Source: Pseudomonadota bacterium (GTDB lineage Bacteria; Pseudomonadota; Gammaproteobacteria; JAKAQQ01). From it: a DNA stretch of 64,000 nucleotides. The translations under genes and the position numbers were made by a program. The stretch lies in the NCBI GenBank assembly GCA_027320085.1, contig DAHVLZ010000038.1, positions 32,001 through 96,000 on the forward strand, written 5' to 3'. The notes beneath the pieces were generated by a model. The model did no database searches, was not told the origin of the DNA, and was given only the letters and a program-made list of their open reading frames with translations. The number at the start of each line of letters is the position of its first letter. The stretch's first letter is position 1. Below are positions 1-10,600 of this stretch, one piece after another.

Positions 1-333
1 ATCATGACAGTCGCACCTCGGATGGACAAAGGTCTTTGGCTACTGGACACGCTGGTGACAATGGCCCCATTGCTGGGCTTGTTGGGAACCATCATTGGTA
101 TTTTCCAGTCATTCCGAGTGTTGGGTAATCCCGGGACCGCGCCAACCGCTGTGACGGGAGGTGTGGCCGAGGCCCTGATTGCTACGGCCGCGGGGTTGTT
201 CATTGCCATTATTTCCATGATTTTCTTCAATGGGCTCTCGAATCTGGTACGGATCAACCTTCACCATATGGAGACAATCAAGGCGATTCTGGTAAACCGA
301 CTTCGTGCTGAAACGGGTCCAGCCCGCCGGTGA
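1..333 (+). CDS. exbB: MotA/TolQ/ExbB proton channel protein (5' end outside window)
   Basis: APLLGLLGTIIGI and GVAEALIATAAGL motifs; upstream of exbD and tonB. Confidence 0.9.
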   Translation: MMTVAPRMDKGLWLLDTLVTMAPLLGLLGTIIGIFQSFRVLGNPGTAPTAVTGGVAEALIATAAGLFIAIISMIFFNGLSNLVRINLHHMETIKAILVNRLRAETGPARR

Positions 334-399
334 GAGTGATCCGTTTCAGGGCACTCCAGTCGGTGAACGTCGGGTGATTCAACGAGGGTTGATATACCT

Positions 400-798
400 A
401 TGAAAGCTAAATATTTTGATCGTAAACGAGCAAGAATCGAGATCATTCCAATGATCGATATCATGTTTTTCCTGCTCGTTTTTTTCATTATCGTGACGTT
501 ACAGCTCATCCCGACCTCGGGAATGAACACCAAGTTGCCGGAAAGCACGACAGCGAAGCAGCTCAAGCATCCCAAGATTGTCATTTCACTGCAACGCAAT
601 GGAACCATGTATGTTCAAGGCCGGATCGTCACTTCGAGTCAGCTGACGGCTATGCTTGAGGAGTATCCGAACCCGACACAAGTCATCGTGACCATTGCAG
701 GGGCCAAGGAGGCGACCCTGCAGGAGCTGGTCAACACGATGGATGCTTGTCGGAGGGCCGGAGTCTCACAGATCGGCATCGCCGCACGCCGGACCTGA
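400..798 (+). CDS. exbD: Biopolymer transport protein ExbD/TolR
   Basis: EIIPMIDIMFFLLVFFII transmembrane motif with conserved Asp. Confidence 0.92.
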   Translation: MKAKYFDRKRARIEIIPMIDIMFFLLVFFIIVTLQLIPTSGMNTKLPESTTAKQLKHPKIVISLQRNGTMYVQGRIVTSSQLTAMLEEYPNPTQVIVTIAGAKEATLQELVNTMDACRRAGVSQIGIAARRT

Positions 799-809
799 GG
801 TAGTTTCTG

Positions 810-1505
810 ATGGCTCTCTTCAGGCGTATGTCACCGTCGGTGGCGCAGGGCGTCGATCCGTTTGCGGGGGATGATGCCCACCATGGATTGACATTCTTTA
901 TTGCTGTGATTGCGGAAGGGGTGATCATCGGAGGCGCAGTTGCGTGGTACATCTGGGGGCGTCAAGCCTACACCGTACCTCCGCCCGCAAAAGTGCAGAC
1001 GGTCCAGCTGCGTAAGCACCCCAAGAAACCCCCTCCGCCGAAGCCTCCGCCACCACCGCCACCGCCACAAGCGACGGTCAAGCCCACAAATGTCCCGATC
1101 CCGCTTGAGCCGATGCCACCGCTGCCTTTTGGGGCGGCATTCATTCCGGCCCCGCCCGCAGCACCGCCGGGTCCCCCGAATGCACCTGTGGGACCGCCGG
1201 CACCTCCGGTGGCACAGCTGACCGCATCATTCTCAAGTGCGGTGGGTGAAGCCTTGTATCTGTGTGCGCAAGGGCATTATCCACCCCAGGCGCTCATGGC
1301 TGGCTTGGGTGGTACAGCGACTGTCGCATTTGTGTACAGTAACCAGCGGGCGACTCACGTCAAGTTGCGCCAGTCGACAGGGCATTTCAGCCTAGACCGG
1401 GCAATCATGCGTGCGGTTCGTACCTGCCCGTTGCCACCCCCACCAACGGGTGTAACGAAACGATCATTCCTCGTTCAGATCGAAATGAGGCCTGGAAACG
1501 GTTAG
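810..1505 (+). CDS. tonB: Energy transducer TonB
   Basis: N-terminal TM helix, Pro/Lys-rich linker, C-terminal YPxxA...G...STG...LD.A motif; follows exbBD. Confidence 0.85.
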   Translation: MALFRRMSPSVAQGVDPFAGDDAHHGLTFFIAVIAEGVIIGGAVAWYIWGRQAYTVPPPAKVQTVQLRKHPKKPPPPKPPPPPPPPQATVKPTNVPIPLEPMPPLPFGAAFIPAPPAAPPGPPNAPVGPPAPPVAQLTASFSSAVGEALYLCAQGHYPPQALMAGLGGTATVAFVYSNQRATHVKLRQSTGHFSLDRAIMRAVRTCPLPPPPTGVTKRSFLVQIEMRPGNG

Positions 1506-1521
1506 TGTCAGTCTGGAAACC

Positions 1522-1559
1522 GAAACCCTTCCCCCGGTTCGGGGGAAGGGTTTCTTTTT
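1522..1559 (+). terminator. Rho-independent terminator of exbBD-tonB
   Basis: GAAACCCTTCCCCC...GGGGGAAGGGTTTC stem followed by TTTTT. Confidence 0.9.
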
Positions 1560-1747
1560 GTGCGCCCGGCAGGGCGCACTCTCTGGGAGGTGGAAGTCCT
1601 CTACCCACCCGGCAAGGGCTTCTCGGGCGACCGGGAGTCTGAAGGAAGCCGGAGGCAAAGCGCTGGCGCGACGAACCGGAAACGGATAGAGGCGACGCAT
1701 CGGGGTGAGATGGCGTGGTGAGCGCAGGCTCAGCCACCCTACCCGAT
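1560..1747 (+). mobile_element. Internally deleted group IIC intron remnant (5' domain I joined to domain VI/3' end, no RT ORF)
   Basis: Starts GTGCGCCCGGC directly after a terminator; domain I blocks GGTGGAAGTCC, GCAAGGG..GGCGAC..TCTGAAGGAAGC..GGCAAA; ends with a hairpin and CCCTACCCGAT. Confidence 0.85.
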
Positions 1748-1810
1748 TTGAGCTGGATACAGCCTGATTTGTGGAGTACCCTCTCTAGTGAACCCTGAAA
1801 GGAAGTCGGC

Positions 1811-2794
1811 ATGAAAAACCGTGTATTGGGCCAAAAGCTGCAGGTTTCAGCCATCGGCTTGGGCTGTATGGGCATGTCTGAGTTCTACGGACAGACAAGT
1901 GATCAGGAAAGTATCCGGGTCATTCAGAGAGCCTTGGATCTCGGCATCAATTTCCTGGATACCGCGGACATGTATGGAACCGGTCATAACGAGCAGTTGA
2001 TTGCACGGGCGGTCCAGGGTCGAAGGGAATCTGTGATCGTGGCCACCAAATTTGGGAACATGCGTGGAGACCAGGGTGAGTTTCTGGGCGTAAATGGGAA
2101 ACCGGAATATGTCCGGAAGGCCTGTGATGACAGTTTGAGGCGTCTCGGTATTGAGGTGATCGATCTCTACTATCAACATCGGGTGGATCCAGGGACGCCC
2201 ATCGAGGACACGGTCGGTGCCATGTCAGAACTCGTCAAGGCAGGTAAAGTCCGCTTCCTGGGATTATCAGAAGCGAGTGCGAAAACCCTGAGGGCTGCCC
2301 ACCGGGTTCACCCGATCACGGCTCTGCAGAGCGAGCTTTCGCTCTGGACGCGTGATGTGGAAGAAGCCATTCTGCCGGCCTGCCGCGAGCTCGGGATTGG
2401 GTTTGTGGCCTATAGTCCCCTGGGACGCGGCATGTTGACTGGCCGCTTCCAAAATAGCGAATCCTTCTCAGTAAACGATTGGCGCAGAAATCATCCCCGT
2501 TTCCAGAAAGGCAATTTCGAAAAAAATCTGGAGCTCGTTAAAAACCTCCATGAAATGGCGAAAAGAAGGGGGGTAAAACCGTCCCATATCGCATTGGCTT
2601 GGGTACTGGCACAAGGAGAGGACATCGTTCCCATCCCGGGTACCAAGCAGATCTCGTATCTGGAGGAAAACCTGGAGGCCTTAAGTATTGCACTGACTAC
2701 CGAGGAGCTCCAGTTTCTGAATCAGGTTTTCAGGCCAGGAGTGACTGCGGGGGAACGTTATCATCCCCAAGCCATGAAAGCACTCGACCGATAG
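1811..2794 (+). CDS. Aldo/keto reductase
   Basis: [34 protein letters not shown] and PIPGT motifs. Confidence 0.95.
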   Translation: MKNRVLGQKLQVSAIGLGCMGMSEFYGQTSDQESIRVIQRALDLGINFLDTADMYGTGHNEQLIARAVQGRRESVIVATKFGNMRGDQGEFLGVNGKPEYVRKACDDSLRRLGIEVIDLYYQHRVDPGTPIEDTVGAMSELVKAGKVRFLGLSEASAKTLRAAHRVHPITALQSELSLWTRDVEEAILPACRELGIGFVAYSPLGRGMLTGRFQNSESFSVNDWRRNHPRFQKGNFEKNLELVKNLHEMAKRRGVKPSHIALAWVLAQGEDIVPIPGTKQISYLEENLEALSIALTTEELQFLNQVFRPGVTAGERYHPQAMKALDR

Positions 2795-2797
2795 CTT

Positions 2798-5401
2798 TCA
2801 TGCGTGGATGGTGTTCCCGCGTTCCTTGCTGATAAGCAGGTTTCCGCCTGGCCCGACGTCCACCTGGATGGTATCTCCAGGAAGGAAGTCACCCGTGAGA
2901 ATAGCCTTCGCCAGTGGGGTTTCGAGTTGCCCTTGGATTGCCCGCTTGAGGGGCCGGGCGCCATAACTGGGGTCGTAACCGATATCTGCAAGGTAATCTA
3001 GGGCGGTCGGGCTCATTTCGAGGTTCAGGTTTTGCTTTTGCAGACGGGTACGGACTTGCTGCAGCTGGATTTCGACAATGGACCGGATGTGCTTTTTGCC
3101 AAGCGCATGAAATACAACGATCTCGTCAATCCTGTTGACAAATTCCGGCTTGAAGTGGCGCCGCACGATTTCAAGTACTGTCTGTTTGGTTGAGTCGTAT
3201 CCGGTCTCGTTTCCAATTTGCTCTTGGATGACCTGGCCGCCCAGGTTCGACGTCATGATAATAACCGTGTTTCTGAAGTCAATGGTTCTTCCCTGCCCAT
3301 CGGTCAGTCTTCCATCATCCAGGATCTGCAGAAAAATATTGAAAATATCCGGATGGGCTTTTTCAATCTCATCAAATAAGATGACGGCATAAGGTCTGCG
3401 GCGTACCGCTTCCGTCAATGCTCCACCTTCCTCATAGCCGATATAACCGGGCGGAGCGCCAATCAGACGTGCAACGGAATGCGACTCCATGTATTCACTC
3501 ATGTCAATGCGGATCAATGCTTTTTCGCTATCAAACAAAAACGCCGCTAGTGCTTTACTGAGTTCGGTTTTCCCGACCCCGGTTGGACCAAGGAACAGGA
3601 AAGAGCCTGTTGGCCTTGAAGGGTCTGACAGTCCTGCCCGCGAAAGCCGAATGGCGTTCGACACGGCCTGAACCGCATCGTCCTGCCCGACCACGCGTTT
3701 TTGAAGCTCGGATTCCATGGCAAGAAGCTTTTGTTTTTCACTCTCCAGCATTTTGGAAACAGGAATGCCGGTCCAACGTGCAACAACTTCGGCCACTTCC
3801 TCATCAGTGACGCGAGTCCGGACCAAATGAATTTTTTCCTTGTTTGTCAAGCGGGTTTGTTCGAGGTTTTTTGAAAGCTCGACTATCTGTCCATACTGCA
3901 GTTCGGACATCCGCCCCCAATCGCCAGCTCGACGTGCTGCTTCCAGTTCCGTGCGGGCACGATCAAGCTGGTCCTGAATGGAGACCTCTTTCTGAAGTTG
4001 GGTTTTTTCTGATTTCCAAACTTCTTCGAGATCGCTGTACTCGCGTTGTAAACGTTCGTATTCCGTGGTTAACCTCCCCATTTTCTCGCGTGACGGCGGA
4101 TCCTTTTCCTTGGCTAATGCAGCTTGCTCAATTCGGAGTTGAATCAGGCGCCGTTCCAAGCGGTCAAGGGTTTCCGGCTTTGAATCAATTTCCATTCGAA
4201 TTCGCGAGGCGGCTTCATCAATCAGGTCAATGGCTTTATCCGGCAATTGTCGATCTGTAATGTATCGATGAGACAAGGTGGCGGCAGCAACGATCGCGGC
4301 ATCTGTGATTTCGACGCCATGATGAATCTCATACTTTTCCTTTAGCCCGCGAAGGATCGCGATTGTGTCCTCTACGTTGGGCTCTTGGACCATGACACGC
4401 TGGAATCGACGTTCCAGGGCCGCATCCTTCTCGATTTGTTCCCGGTATTCATCTAGCGTCGTGGCCCCGATGCAATGAAGCTCCCCACGGGCCAGCGCAG
4501 GCTTGAGCATGTTGCCTGCATCCATGGAGCCTTCCGCCTTGCCGGCTCCTACGAGCGTATGAATTTCGTCGATAAAAAGGACAATCCGGCCCTCTTCTTG
4601 GGCAATTTCATGAAGGACTGCTTTGAGTCGCTCCTCGAACTCTCCTCTAAATTTGGATCCTGCGACCAGCGCTGGCAGGTCAAGGACTAGCAGACGTTTC
4701 CTTTTAAGGCCTTCCGGGACTTCCCCATTGACGATGCGTTGGGCCAGGCCCTCGACAATTGCAGTTTTCCCGACTCCGGGTTCCCCGATCAACACGGGAT
4801 TGTTTTTGGTGCGGCGTTGCAAGATCTGAATGACCCTTCGGATTTCATCATCTCTGCCGATGACGGGATCTAGTTGGCCTTTTTCCGCTTTTTCAGTCAG
4901 GTCAATAGTGAAACGGGAAAGAGAACGCCGTTGACCCTCGACGTCCTGCTGGTCAACTGGTGATCCTGCGCGTAACTCGAGGATGGCGGGTTCCAGGGAT
5001 TCCCGAGTGATTCCCTGACGCCGTAGCAGGTCGGCTACCGGGTTTTTTGATTCAACGAGGGACAGCAAAAAGATCTCGGAGGCGACATAACGATCTTTCC
5101 GCTGCTGTGCAATTTTGATGCAATGGTTCAGAATTCGTACCAGATCGGGTGAGAAAGAAGACTCACCGGGAGTGCCACTGATTTTGGGGCACACTTCCAA
5201 GATGTCCTCGAGTGATTTCTTGAGAGCCGAGACCGAGGATCCGGCTTTTTCGAGCAAAAACGGCACCGTGCCATGGTCCTGGCTTAAAAATGCCAGAAGC
5301 AGATGCGCAGGTTCAACACTCGGGTGGTCGTGGCGGACAGCCAGCGATTGTGCGTCCGACAGGGCATTTTGGAACTGAGTGGTAAACTGGTCTGGTTGCA
5401 C
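2798..5401 (-). CDS. clpB: ATP-dependent chaperone ClpB
   Basis: Two AAA+ modules ([16 protein letters not shown]) with coiled-coil middle domain; 867 aa. Confidence 0.97.
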   Translation of the reverse strand: MQPDQFTTQFQNALSDAQSLAVRHDHPSVEPAHLLLAFLSQDHGTVPFLLEKAGSSVSALKKSLEDILEVCPKISGTPGESSFSPDLVRILNHCIKIAQQRKDRYVASEIFLLSLVESKNPVADLLRRQGITRESLEPAILELRAGSPVDQQDVEGQRRSLSRFTIDLTEKAEKGQLDPVIGRDDEIRRVIQILQRRTKNNPVLIGEPGVGKTAIVEGLAQRIVNGEVPEGLKRKRLLVLDLPALVAGSKFRGEFEERLKAVLHEIAQEEGRIVLFIDEIHTLVGAGKAEGSMDAGNMLKPALARGELHCIGATTLDEYREQIEKDAALERRFQRVMVQEPNVEDTIAILRGLKEKYEIHHGVEITDAAIVAAATLSHRYITDRQLPDKAIDLIDEAASRIRMEIDSKPETLDRLERRLIQLRIEQAALAKEKDPPSREKMGRLTTEYERLQREYSDLEEVWKSEKTQLQKEVSIQDQLDRARTELEAARRAGDWGRMSELQYGQIVELSKNLEQTRLTNKEKIHLVRTRVTDEEVAEVVARWTGIPVSKMLESEKQKLLAMESELQKRVVGQDDAVQAVSNAIRLSRAGLSDPSRPTGSFLFLGPTGVGKTELSKALAAFLFDSEKALIRIDMSEYMESHSVARLIGAPPGYIGYEEGGALTEAVRRRPYAVILFDEIEKAHPDIFNIFLQILDDGRLTDGQGRTIDFRNTVIIMTSNLGGQVIQEQIGNETGYDSTKQTVLEIVRRHFKPEFVNRIDEIVVFHALGKKHIRSIVEIQLQQVRTRLQKQNLNLEMSPTALDYLADIGYDPSYGARPLKRAIQGQLETPLAKAILTGDFLPGDTIQVDVGPGGNLLISKERGNTIHA

Positions 5402-5445
5402 GTGAAGATCCTTGGTTTAGGCACAGGGAAACTGTACTCCATTCA

Positions 5446-5474
5446 ATTTGTGGACAGTCCCGGGTCATTTCAAG
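5446..5474 (-). promoter_or_regulatory. Putative sigma-32 (RpoH) promoter of clpB
   Basis: Minus strand CTTGAAA-N14-CCACAAAT, close to consensus CTTGAAA-N13/14-CCCCATNT, upstream of a heat-shock gene. Confidence 0.65.
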
Positions 5475-5650
5475 CGCTTGGGGAACGTTAATCTTCGAAC
5501 GACAATGAAGGCGGATGAGGCAGGGAAACGATTTCTGCGCTAAACTGAACATCTTCCTGGCCGGTTTCCCACTTTTATTTATGCGGTATGCGGTGGGCCC
5601 ACCCGCCGTCGTGAGCAGAGCCGAGAGTCACATACCCGGGTCCAAAGAGC

Positions 5651-6718
5651 GTGTCATCTCGTTTCTCTGCCCTCAGTTTGACGCCATCCGGCCATACAGG
5701 AAGTTCCCGACGTGTTACGGTGGCTCCGCTCATGGGCTGGACCCACCGGCATTTTCGTTACCTCCTGAGGTGTGTGAGCCCTTCCGTGGCTCTGTTCACG
5801 GAAATGATTCCGTCAGCAGCGCTGGTTCAGGGGCAGAGGACGCGGCCCTTGCTGTCATATCACTCATGTGAGCATCCCATTGCCCTGCAGCTTGCCGGCG
5901 ATCATCCAGACCAGCTCGCGCACGCGGCCCGGGTTGGGCATGAATACGGCTATGACGAGATCAATCTGAACGTGGGCTGTCCCAGTCCCCGGGTACAGCA
6001 CGGTGGATTCGGAGTCTGTCTCATGGCACAACCAGAACGGCTGGCTGAATGCGTGCGAGCCATCCGCAGTGTCAGTCCCGTTCCGGTCACCATCAAATGC
6101 CGCCTCGGCTTTGATAAACACCACAGTGAGGGTTTTCTAGACGACTTTGTGGCGGTTTTATCCGAAGCGGGATGCTCGACTTTCTACATACACGCGAGAA
6201 TGGCGTGGCTGAAGGGTCTTGATCCGAAGGAAAACCGAGAGAAACCGCCCTTGAATTATTCCCGTGTGGATCGCCTGAAGCAAAAATTCAAAGATCTTGA
6301 AATTATCATCAATGGAGGAATCCGGAACCTGGAACAGGTCGAAGAACTGCTGTCCCGCTTTGATGGGGTCATGGTTGGTCGCCGTGTTCTGGAAGATCCT
6401 CTCTGGTTAGCAGAGGTGGATCAGAGATTGGGGCGAGCCTCGCGCGGAATCCGGACCCGGGAGAATGTGGTCATGGCCTATTCAGACTATCTGAGAAAAA
6501 TCCTGGAGGATCCCGAAGCCATGGCTCGAGGACACCTTTCGCCCAGTCTCTTTCAACCCTTTTGGGGTCTTTTCCGTTCATTCCCCGGAGCTGCAAAAAT
6601 GAGGGCTGAGACGGCTCAAGCTTCGCGAGCTACCCCATCGGAACTCCTGGGCTGGCTTGACCGCCTCGAAAAATGGGCTGAGGCGGGTTCATCGCATTCG
6701 ATCTCGGGGCATATTTAA
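5651..6718 (+). CDS. dusA: tRNA dihydrouridine(20/20a) synthase DusA
   Basis: VAPLMGWTHRHFRY, NLNVGCPSPRV, HAR.AWLKGL.PKENR, INGGI motifs; start uncertain. Confidence 0.92.
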   Translation: MSSRFSALSLTPSGHTGSSRRVTVAPLMGWTHRHFRYLLRCVSPSVALFTEMIPSAALVQGQRTRPLLSYHSCEHPIALQLAGDHPDQLAHAARVGHEYGYDEINLNVGCPSPRVQHGGFGVCLMAQPERLAECVRAIRSVSPVPVTIKCRLGFDKHHSEGFLDDFVAVLSEAGCSTFYIHARMAWLKGLDPKENREKPPLNYSRVDRLKQKFKDLEIIINGGIRNLEQVEELLSRFDGVMVGRRVLEDPLWLAEVDQRLGRASRGIRTRENVVMAYSDYLRKILEDPEAMARGHLSPSLFQPFWGLFRSFPGAAKMRAETAQASRATPSELLGWLDRLEKWAEAGSSHSISGHI

Positions 6719-6761
6719 AGTCTTTCCGCCATGATGATTGCGGATCCAGCCAGATTCGCAA

Positions 6762-8504
6762 TCAGAGTTCACCACGAATCGCTGCGAGTTGGTTCTTCAG
6801 CGCTGCGGGCACACGGGGTGAATATGCGGACAGGAAGTTTCCAAGATCATCGTATTCCCGTTTCCACGCCTCAGTATCAACCAAAAACATTTGTTGAAGT
6901 GCCTCGGGTGGAACACCGAGGTTTTCGAGGTTCAGGTCACGCTCATATTCCGGGAGGTAACCGACCGGTGTTTCACGAGCCGATACCGTGCCCTTGCACC
7001 TCTCCAGAATCCACTGGATGACCCGGAGGTTCTCCCCATAGCCGGGCCAGAGGTAGTGGCCGTCGCGATCCTGCCGGAACCAGTTCACATGAAAAATGCG
7101 GGGCAGCCGGGTTGCCCGGTCCTGCATGCCGAGCCAATGTGCCCAGTAATCACCAAAGTGATAACCACAGAAAGGCAGCATGGCCATGGGATCCCGGCGT
7201 ACGACCCCCGTCTTACCACTTGCTGCTGCTGTCGTTTCCGAAGCCAGTCCGCAGCCCATGAGTACCCCATGAGTCCAGTTTTTTGATTCAAGAACCAGTG
7301 GAACAAGCTGGGGCCGCCGCCCTCCAAAAAGAATGGCACTGATCGGTACTCCTTGGGGATCTTCACTGTGAGGTGACCAGGCCGGGTTGAGCTGGGAGCG
7401 GGTGGTGAAACGCGAATTGGGATGGGCGGCAGGTCCATTGGCAGCCTCATAGGGACGACCCTGCCAGTCGACGACCGGTTGACCGTGAGGCAGACCTTCC
7501 CACCAAGGCTCATTGTCGGCAGTAACGGCGACGTTGGTATAAAGGGTCTGACGGTGGATCATCTGATACGCGTTTGGGTTTGTTTTTGCATTGGTTCCGG
7601 GAACCACCCCGAAGTATCCTGCTTCTGGATTGATGGCCCAGAGCCGTCCATCGGCTCCGATGTGCAACCAGGCAATGTCGTCGCCGACGGTCCAGACTTT
7701 CCAGCCGCGAAAAGTTCCGGGGGGAACCAGCATGGAGAGGTTGGTTTTTCCACAGGCCGAAGGAAATGCCGCTGCCAAGTAGTGGGTTTCGCCTTCCGGA
7801 GACTGGACTCCGACGATCAGCATATGTTCCGCCATCCAGCCTTCCTGACGCGCTTGCCAACTTGCGATCCGGAGTGAGTGGCATTTCTTGCTGAGCAGTG
7901 CGTTTCCCCCATAGCCGGAGCCAATACTCTGAATCAATTTTTCTTCGGGAAAATGCAAGATGTACCGTTGTTCGGGATTCAAATTGCCAACCGAGTGTTC
8001 GCCCCGCACAAAATTTTCACCGGCACGGATTCGTTTCAGAATCACGGGATCCATCCGCGTCATGAGGCGCATGTTGGCGACCACATAGGGACTATCCGTG
8101 ATTTCTACACCAAGCTGTGACCAGGGAGACTGGAGCGGACCCATGCAATAAGGAATGACGTAGAGCGTGCGGCCTTTCATGCAGCCGGAAAAAAGCGTAT
8201 CAAAGCGTTGATGCGCCTCTTGGGGTGCCATCCAGCGGTTGTTGGGTCCGGCTTCCTCCTGGCGAGGGGTGCAAATGTAGGTCAGGTGTTCCACCCGGGC
8301 GACGTCGTCCGGATGGGAACGGTGCAGGTAGCACTCGGGAAAAGTTTCCTGATTCAGGGTGTGTAGATGCCCGGTTTTCAACATCTCCTGTTTTAGACCT
8401 TCCCATTCCAGATCCGAGCCATCACACCACTGAATTCGTTCGGGCTGGGCTTTTTGGGCGGTTCGTTCGACCCAGTCTGAAAGATATTCAAATGAATCAG
8501 GCAT
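6762..8504 (-). CDS. pckG: Phosphoenolpyruvate carboxykinase (GTP)
   Basis: FPSACGKTN, VGDDIAW, HPNSRF, DPMAMLPFCGY, HVNWFR motifs. Confidence 0.96.
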   Translation of the reverse strand: MPDSFEYLSDWVERTAQKAQPERIQWCDGSDLEWEGLKQEMLKTGHLHTLNQETFPECYLHRSHPDDVARVEHLTYICTPRQEEAGPNNRWMAPQEAHQRFDTLFSGCMKGRTLYVIPYCMGPLQSPWSQLGVEITDSPYVVANMRLMTRMDPVILKRIRAGENFVRGEHSVGNLNPEQRYILHFPEEKLIQSIGSGYGGNALLSKKCHSLRIASWQARQEGWMAEHMLIVGVQSPEGETHYLAAAFPSACGKTNLSMLVPPGTFRGWKVWTVGDDIAWLHIGADGRLWAINPEAGYFGVVPGTNAKTNPNAYQMIHRQTLYTNVAVTADNEPWWEGLPHGQPVVDWQGRPYEAANGPAAHPNSRFTTRSQLNPAWSPHSEDPQGVPISAILFGGRRPQLVPLVLESKNWTHGVLMGCGLASETTAAASGKTGVVRRDPMAMLPFCGYHFGDYWAHWLGMQDRATRLPRIFHVNWFRQDRDGHYLWPGYGENLRVIQWILERCKGTVSARETPVGYLPEYERDLNLENLGVPPEALQQMFLVDTEAWKREYDDLGNFLSAYSPRVPAALKNQLAAIRGEL

Positions 8505-8701
8505 GACTTACACTCCAGAATGGGTCCAGCCGTTGTTGACGTGCCGGACAATGGCGAACGGTTCCCCCCGAAACCGAACCGCTAGACGGGGGGTGGGGAA
8601 CCTTAATTTTAGCGGATCAAACGGCGGAATGTCTGGGAGCGCAAGGGACGGGCTTGAGGGAACTGTCTGATACCATGGGGCACGTTTGATTGGGGGGGTT
8701 C

Positions 8702-10600
8702 ATGCAAGTCGCGGATTATCTGGGTCCGGATGGACTCTTGTCAGCGGCACTTGATGATTTTCAATACCGGGAAAGTCAGTGCCGACTTGCGGAAAAGGTT
8801 CTGGAAACAGTCAGGACCGGAAGCGTTCTCTTGGCCGAGGCGGGTCCGGGGGTGGGGAAGACCTACGCGTATCTGGTGCCATTGCTGGCGGCAGGGATCC
8901 GGAGTGTCATTTCTACTGGGACCATTGCTCTGCAGGACCAGCTCTTCGAACGGGACATTCCGAGACTCGGACGGATTTTCGGACGACCCATCCGCATGGC
9001 TGTCCTCAAGGGCCGAAGCAACTATCTATGCCTGAAACGGCAGGAAGACCTGTGGTCACACGCAGACGATTTGGACTCACAGGAGCGAACCCGGATGGAG
9101 GGGTTGCGGCAATGGGCTGCAACGACGGTATCGGGTGATCTCTCGGAATGTACGTTCCTCACAGACCATGCTTGGGAACGCAGTCGTCTGACTTCAACGG
9201 TGGATAGTTGCGATGGCCGGAATTGCGCATTTTACGAGCGATGCTTTCTCGTTGAGGCTCGTCGACGGGCCAACGAGGCAGACCTCGTCATCACAAATCA
9301 TCATCTGCTCCTTTCCGACTGGCTGCTCAAGCAGGATGGTTTTTCCTCACTCCTGCCGGAGGTGGAGGCTTTTGTTTTGGATGAGGCACATCTGATTCCC
9401 GACCTTGCGGTCCAGATGTTTTCCGAGTCGGTCAGTCAATCGGAGCTGCAGATTTTGTTGAATCATCCCGTCTTCGTGGCTTTTCGGAGTATGGGTGGAC
9501 ATGCAGGGACCGGGTCGGATGATCGCTTCGATCAGGCTTGGTCCTGTTTGCTTGAGCAGGGTCGGGCCGAGAGACTCTGGGGTTATAGTGAATGGCCGGA
9601 TGACCTGCAGGATAGTCTTTTGACGATCTCTGAAGCCCTGCAGAAATGGATGTCGTGTCTGGGTACGGATGAGATAAAAGCAGAAGAGCGTCGTCGGTTT
9701 CTGCGGGTTGAAAGTATCATGAAACGAATTACCCGTTCTCCTTCCCCCAAAGAAACCCGTGAATCGATGTGGTTTGAGGGTTCGCCCAAGGGATTTTCAT
9801 TCCTGATTGAACCACGGAACCCGGGTGAACGCTTGGCGCAGCTGCTGGATCAAATGAATGCTGCGTGGATTTTGTTGTCAGCGTCTCTCACGGTTGCCGG
9901 GGATTTTTCCTATTTTCGTTCCCGACTGGGTCTTTCGCCGGCGTCTGAGATCCAAGTCTCGAGCCCCTATGACCACCTTCAACAAGCCATGCTGTTTCTG
10001 CCCCCAAACCTTCCGCCTGTCGATGAACCTGATTACTATCCGAAATTCTTTCAACTCGCCCTTTCGCTGATCGAAGCGAATCCAGGCGGTACTTTCTTCC
10101 TGTTTACGAGTCACCGGGCGCTTTCGATTGCACGCGAGTGGTTCAGCCAGATGCATGTCGATCGTCCTGTTTTCAGACAGGGTGATGCGCCCAAGTACCG
10201 CCTTCTTGAACGCTTTCAGGAGGAGGCTCCAGCGCTTCTCCTGGGAAGCATGAGCTTCTGGGAAGGTGTAGATGTGAAGGGGCCGGCTCTTTCCCTGATT
10301 TTGATTGATCGACTACCCTTTGCATCACCCGCCGATCCGCCCGTGCATCGGCGGATCCGGAGTATTCGGGAGGAGGGGGGTGAGCCTTTCCAAGAGTACC
10401 AGCTGCCCAAGGCGATTTTAACCCTGCGACAGGGTGTCGGACGTCTCTTGCGGCATGAGAATGATTTTGGGGCAGTCGTGATTGGTGACCACCGGTTGCG
10501 GGGGAAAAACTATGGTCCCCTTTTTTTAGCCAGCCTCCCCCCCATGCAAATGGCGAGGGATTCTGCCGATGTCGTCAATTTCCTGCAATCTCATGGCTAA
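8702..10600 (+). CDS. yoaA: ATP-dependent DNA helicase, DinG/YoaA family
   Basis: AGPGVGKT, KGRSNYLC with Fe-S cysteines, DEAH, QGVGRLLR; adjacent to tsaB. Confidence 0.9.
   Translation: MQVADYLGPDGLLSAALDDFQYRESQCRLAEKVLETVRTGSVLLAEAGPGVGKTYAYLVPLLAAGIRSVISTGTIALQDQLFERDIPRLGRIFGRPIRMAVLKGRSNYLCLKRQEDLWSHADDLDSQERTRMEGLRQWAATTVSGDLSECTFLTDHAWERSRLTSTVDSCDGRNCAFYERCFLVEARRRANEADLVITNHHLLLSDWLLKQDGFSSLLPEVEAFVLDEAHLIPDLAVQMFSESVSQSELQILLNHPVFVAFRSMGGHAGTGSDDRFDQAWSCLLEQGRAERLWGYSEWPDDLQDSLLTISEALQKWMSCLGTDEIKAEERRRFLRVESIMKRITRSPSPKETRESMWFEGSPKGFSFLIEPRNPGERLAQLLDQMNAAWILLSASLTVAGDFSYFRSRLGLSPASEIQVSSPYDHLQQAMLFLPPNLPPVDEPDYYPKFFQLALSLIEANPGGTFFLFTSHRALSIAREWFSQMHVDRPVFRQGDAPKYRLLERFQEEAPALLLGSMSFWEGVDVKGPALSLILIDRLPFASPADPPVHRRIRSIREEGGEPFQEYQLPKAILTLRQGVGRLLRHENDFGAVVIGDHRLRGKNYGPLFLASLPPMQMARDSADVVNFLQSHG

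Noticed and set aside
1020-1210. CCN-rich tandem-like repeats
   Set aside because: They encode the normal proline-rich TonB linker.
1405-1875. Minus-strand ORFs across the tonB-reductase spacer
   Set aside because: They run through a terminator and the intron remnant, which explain the sequence better.
5500-5760. Possible dusA-associated genomic island site
   Set aside because: No integrase, duplicated dusA 5' end or att-like repeat seen.
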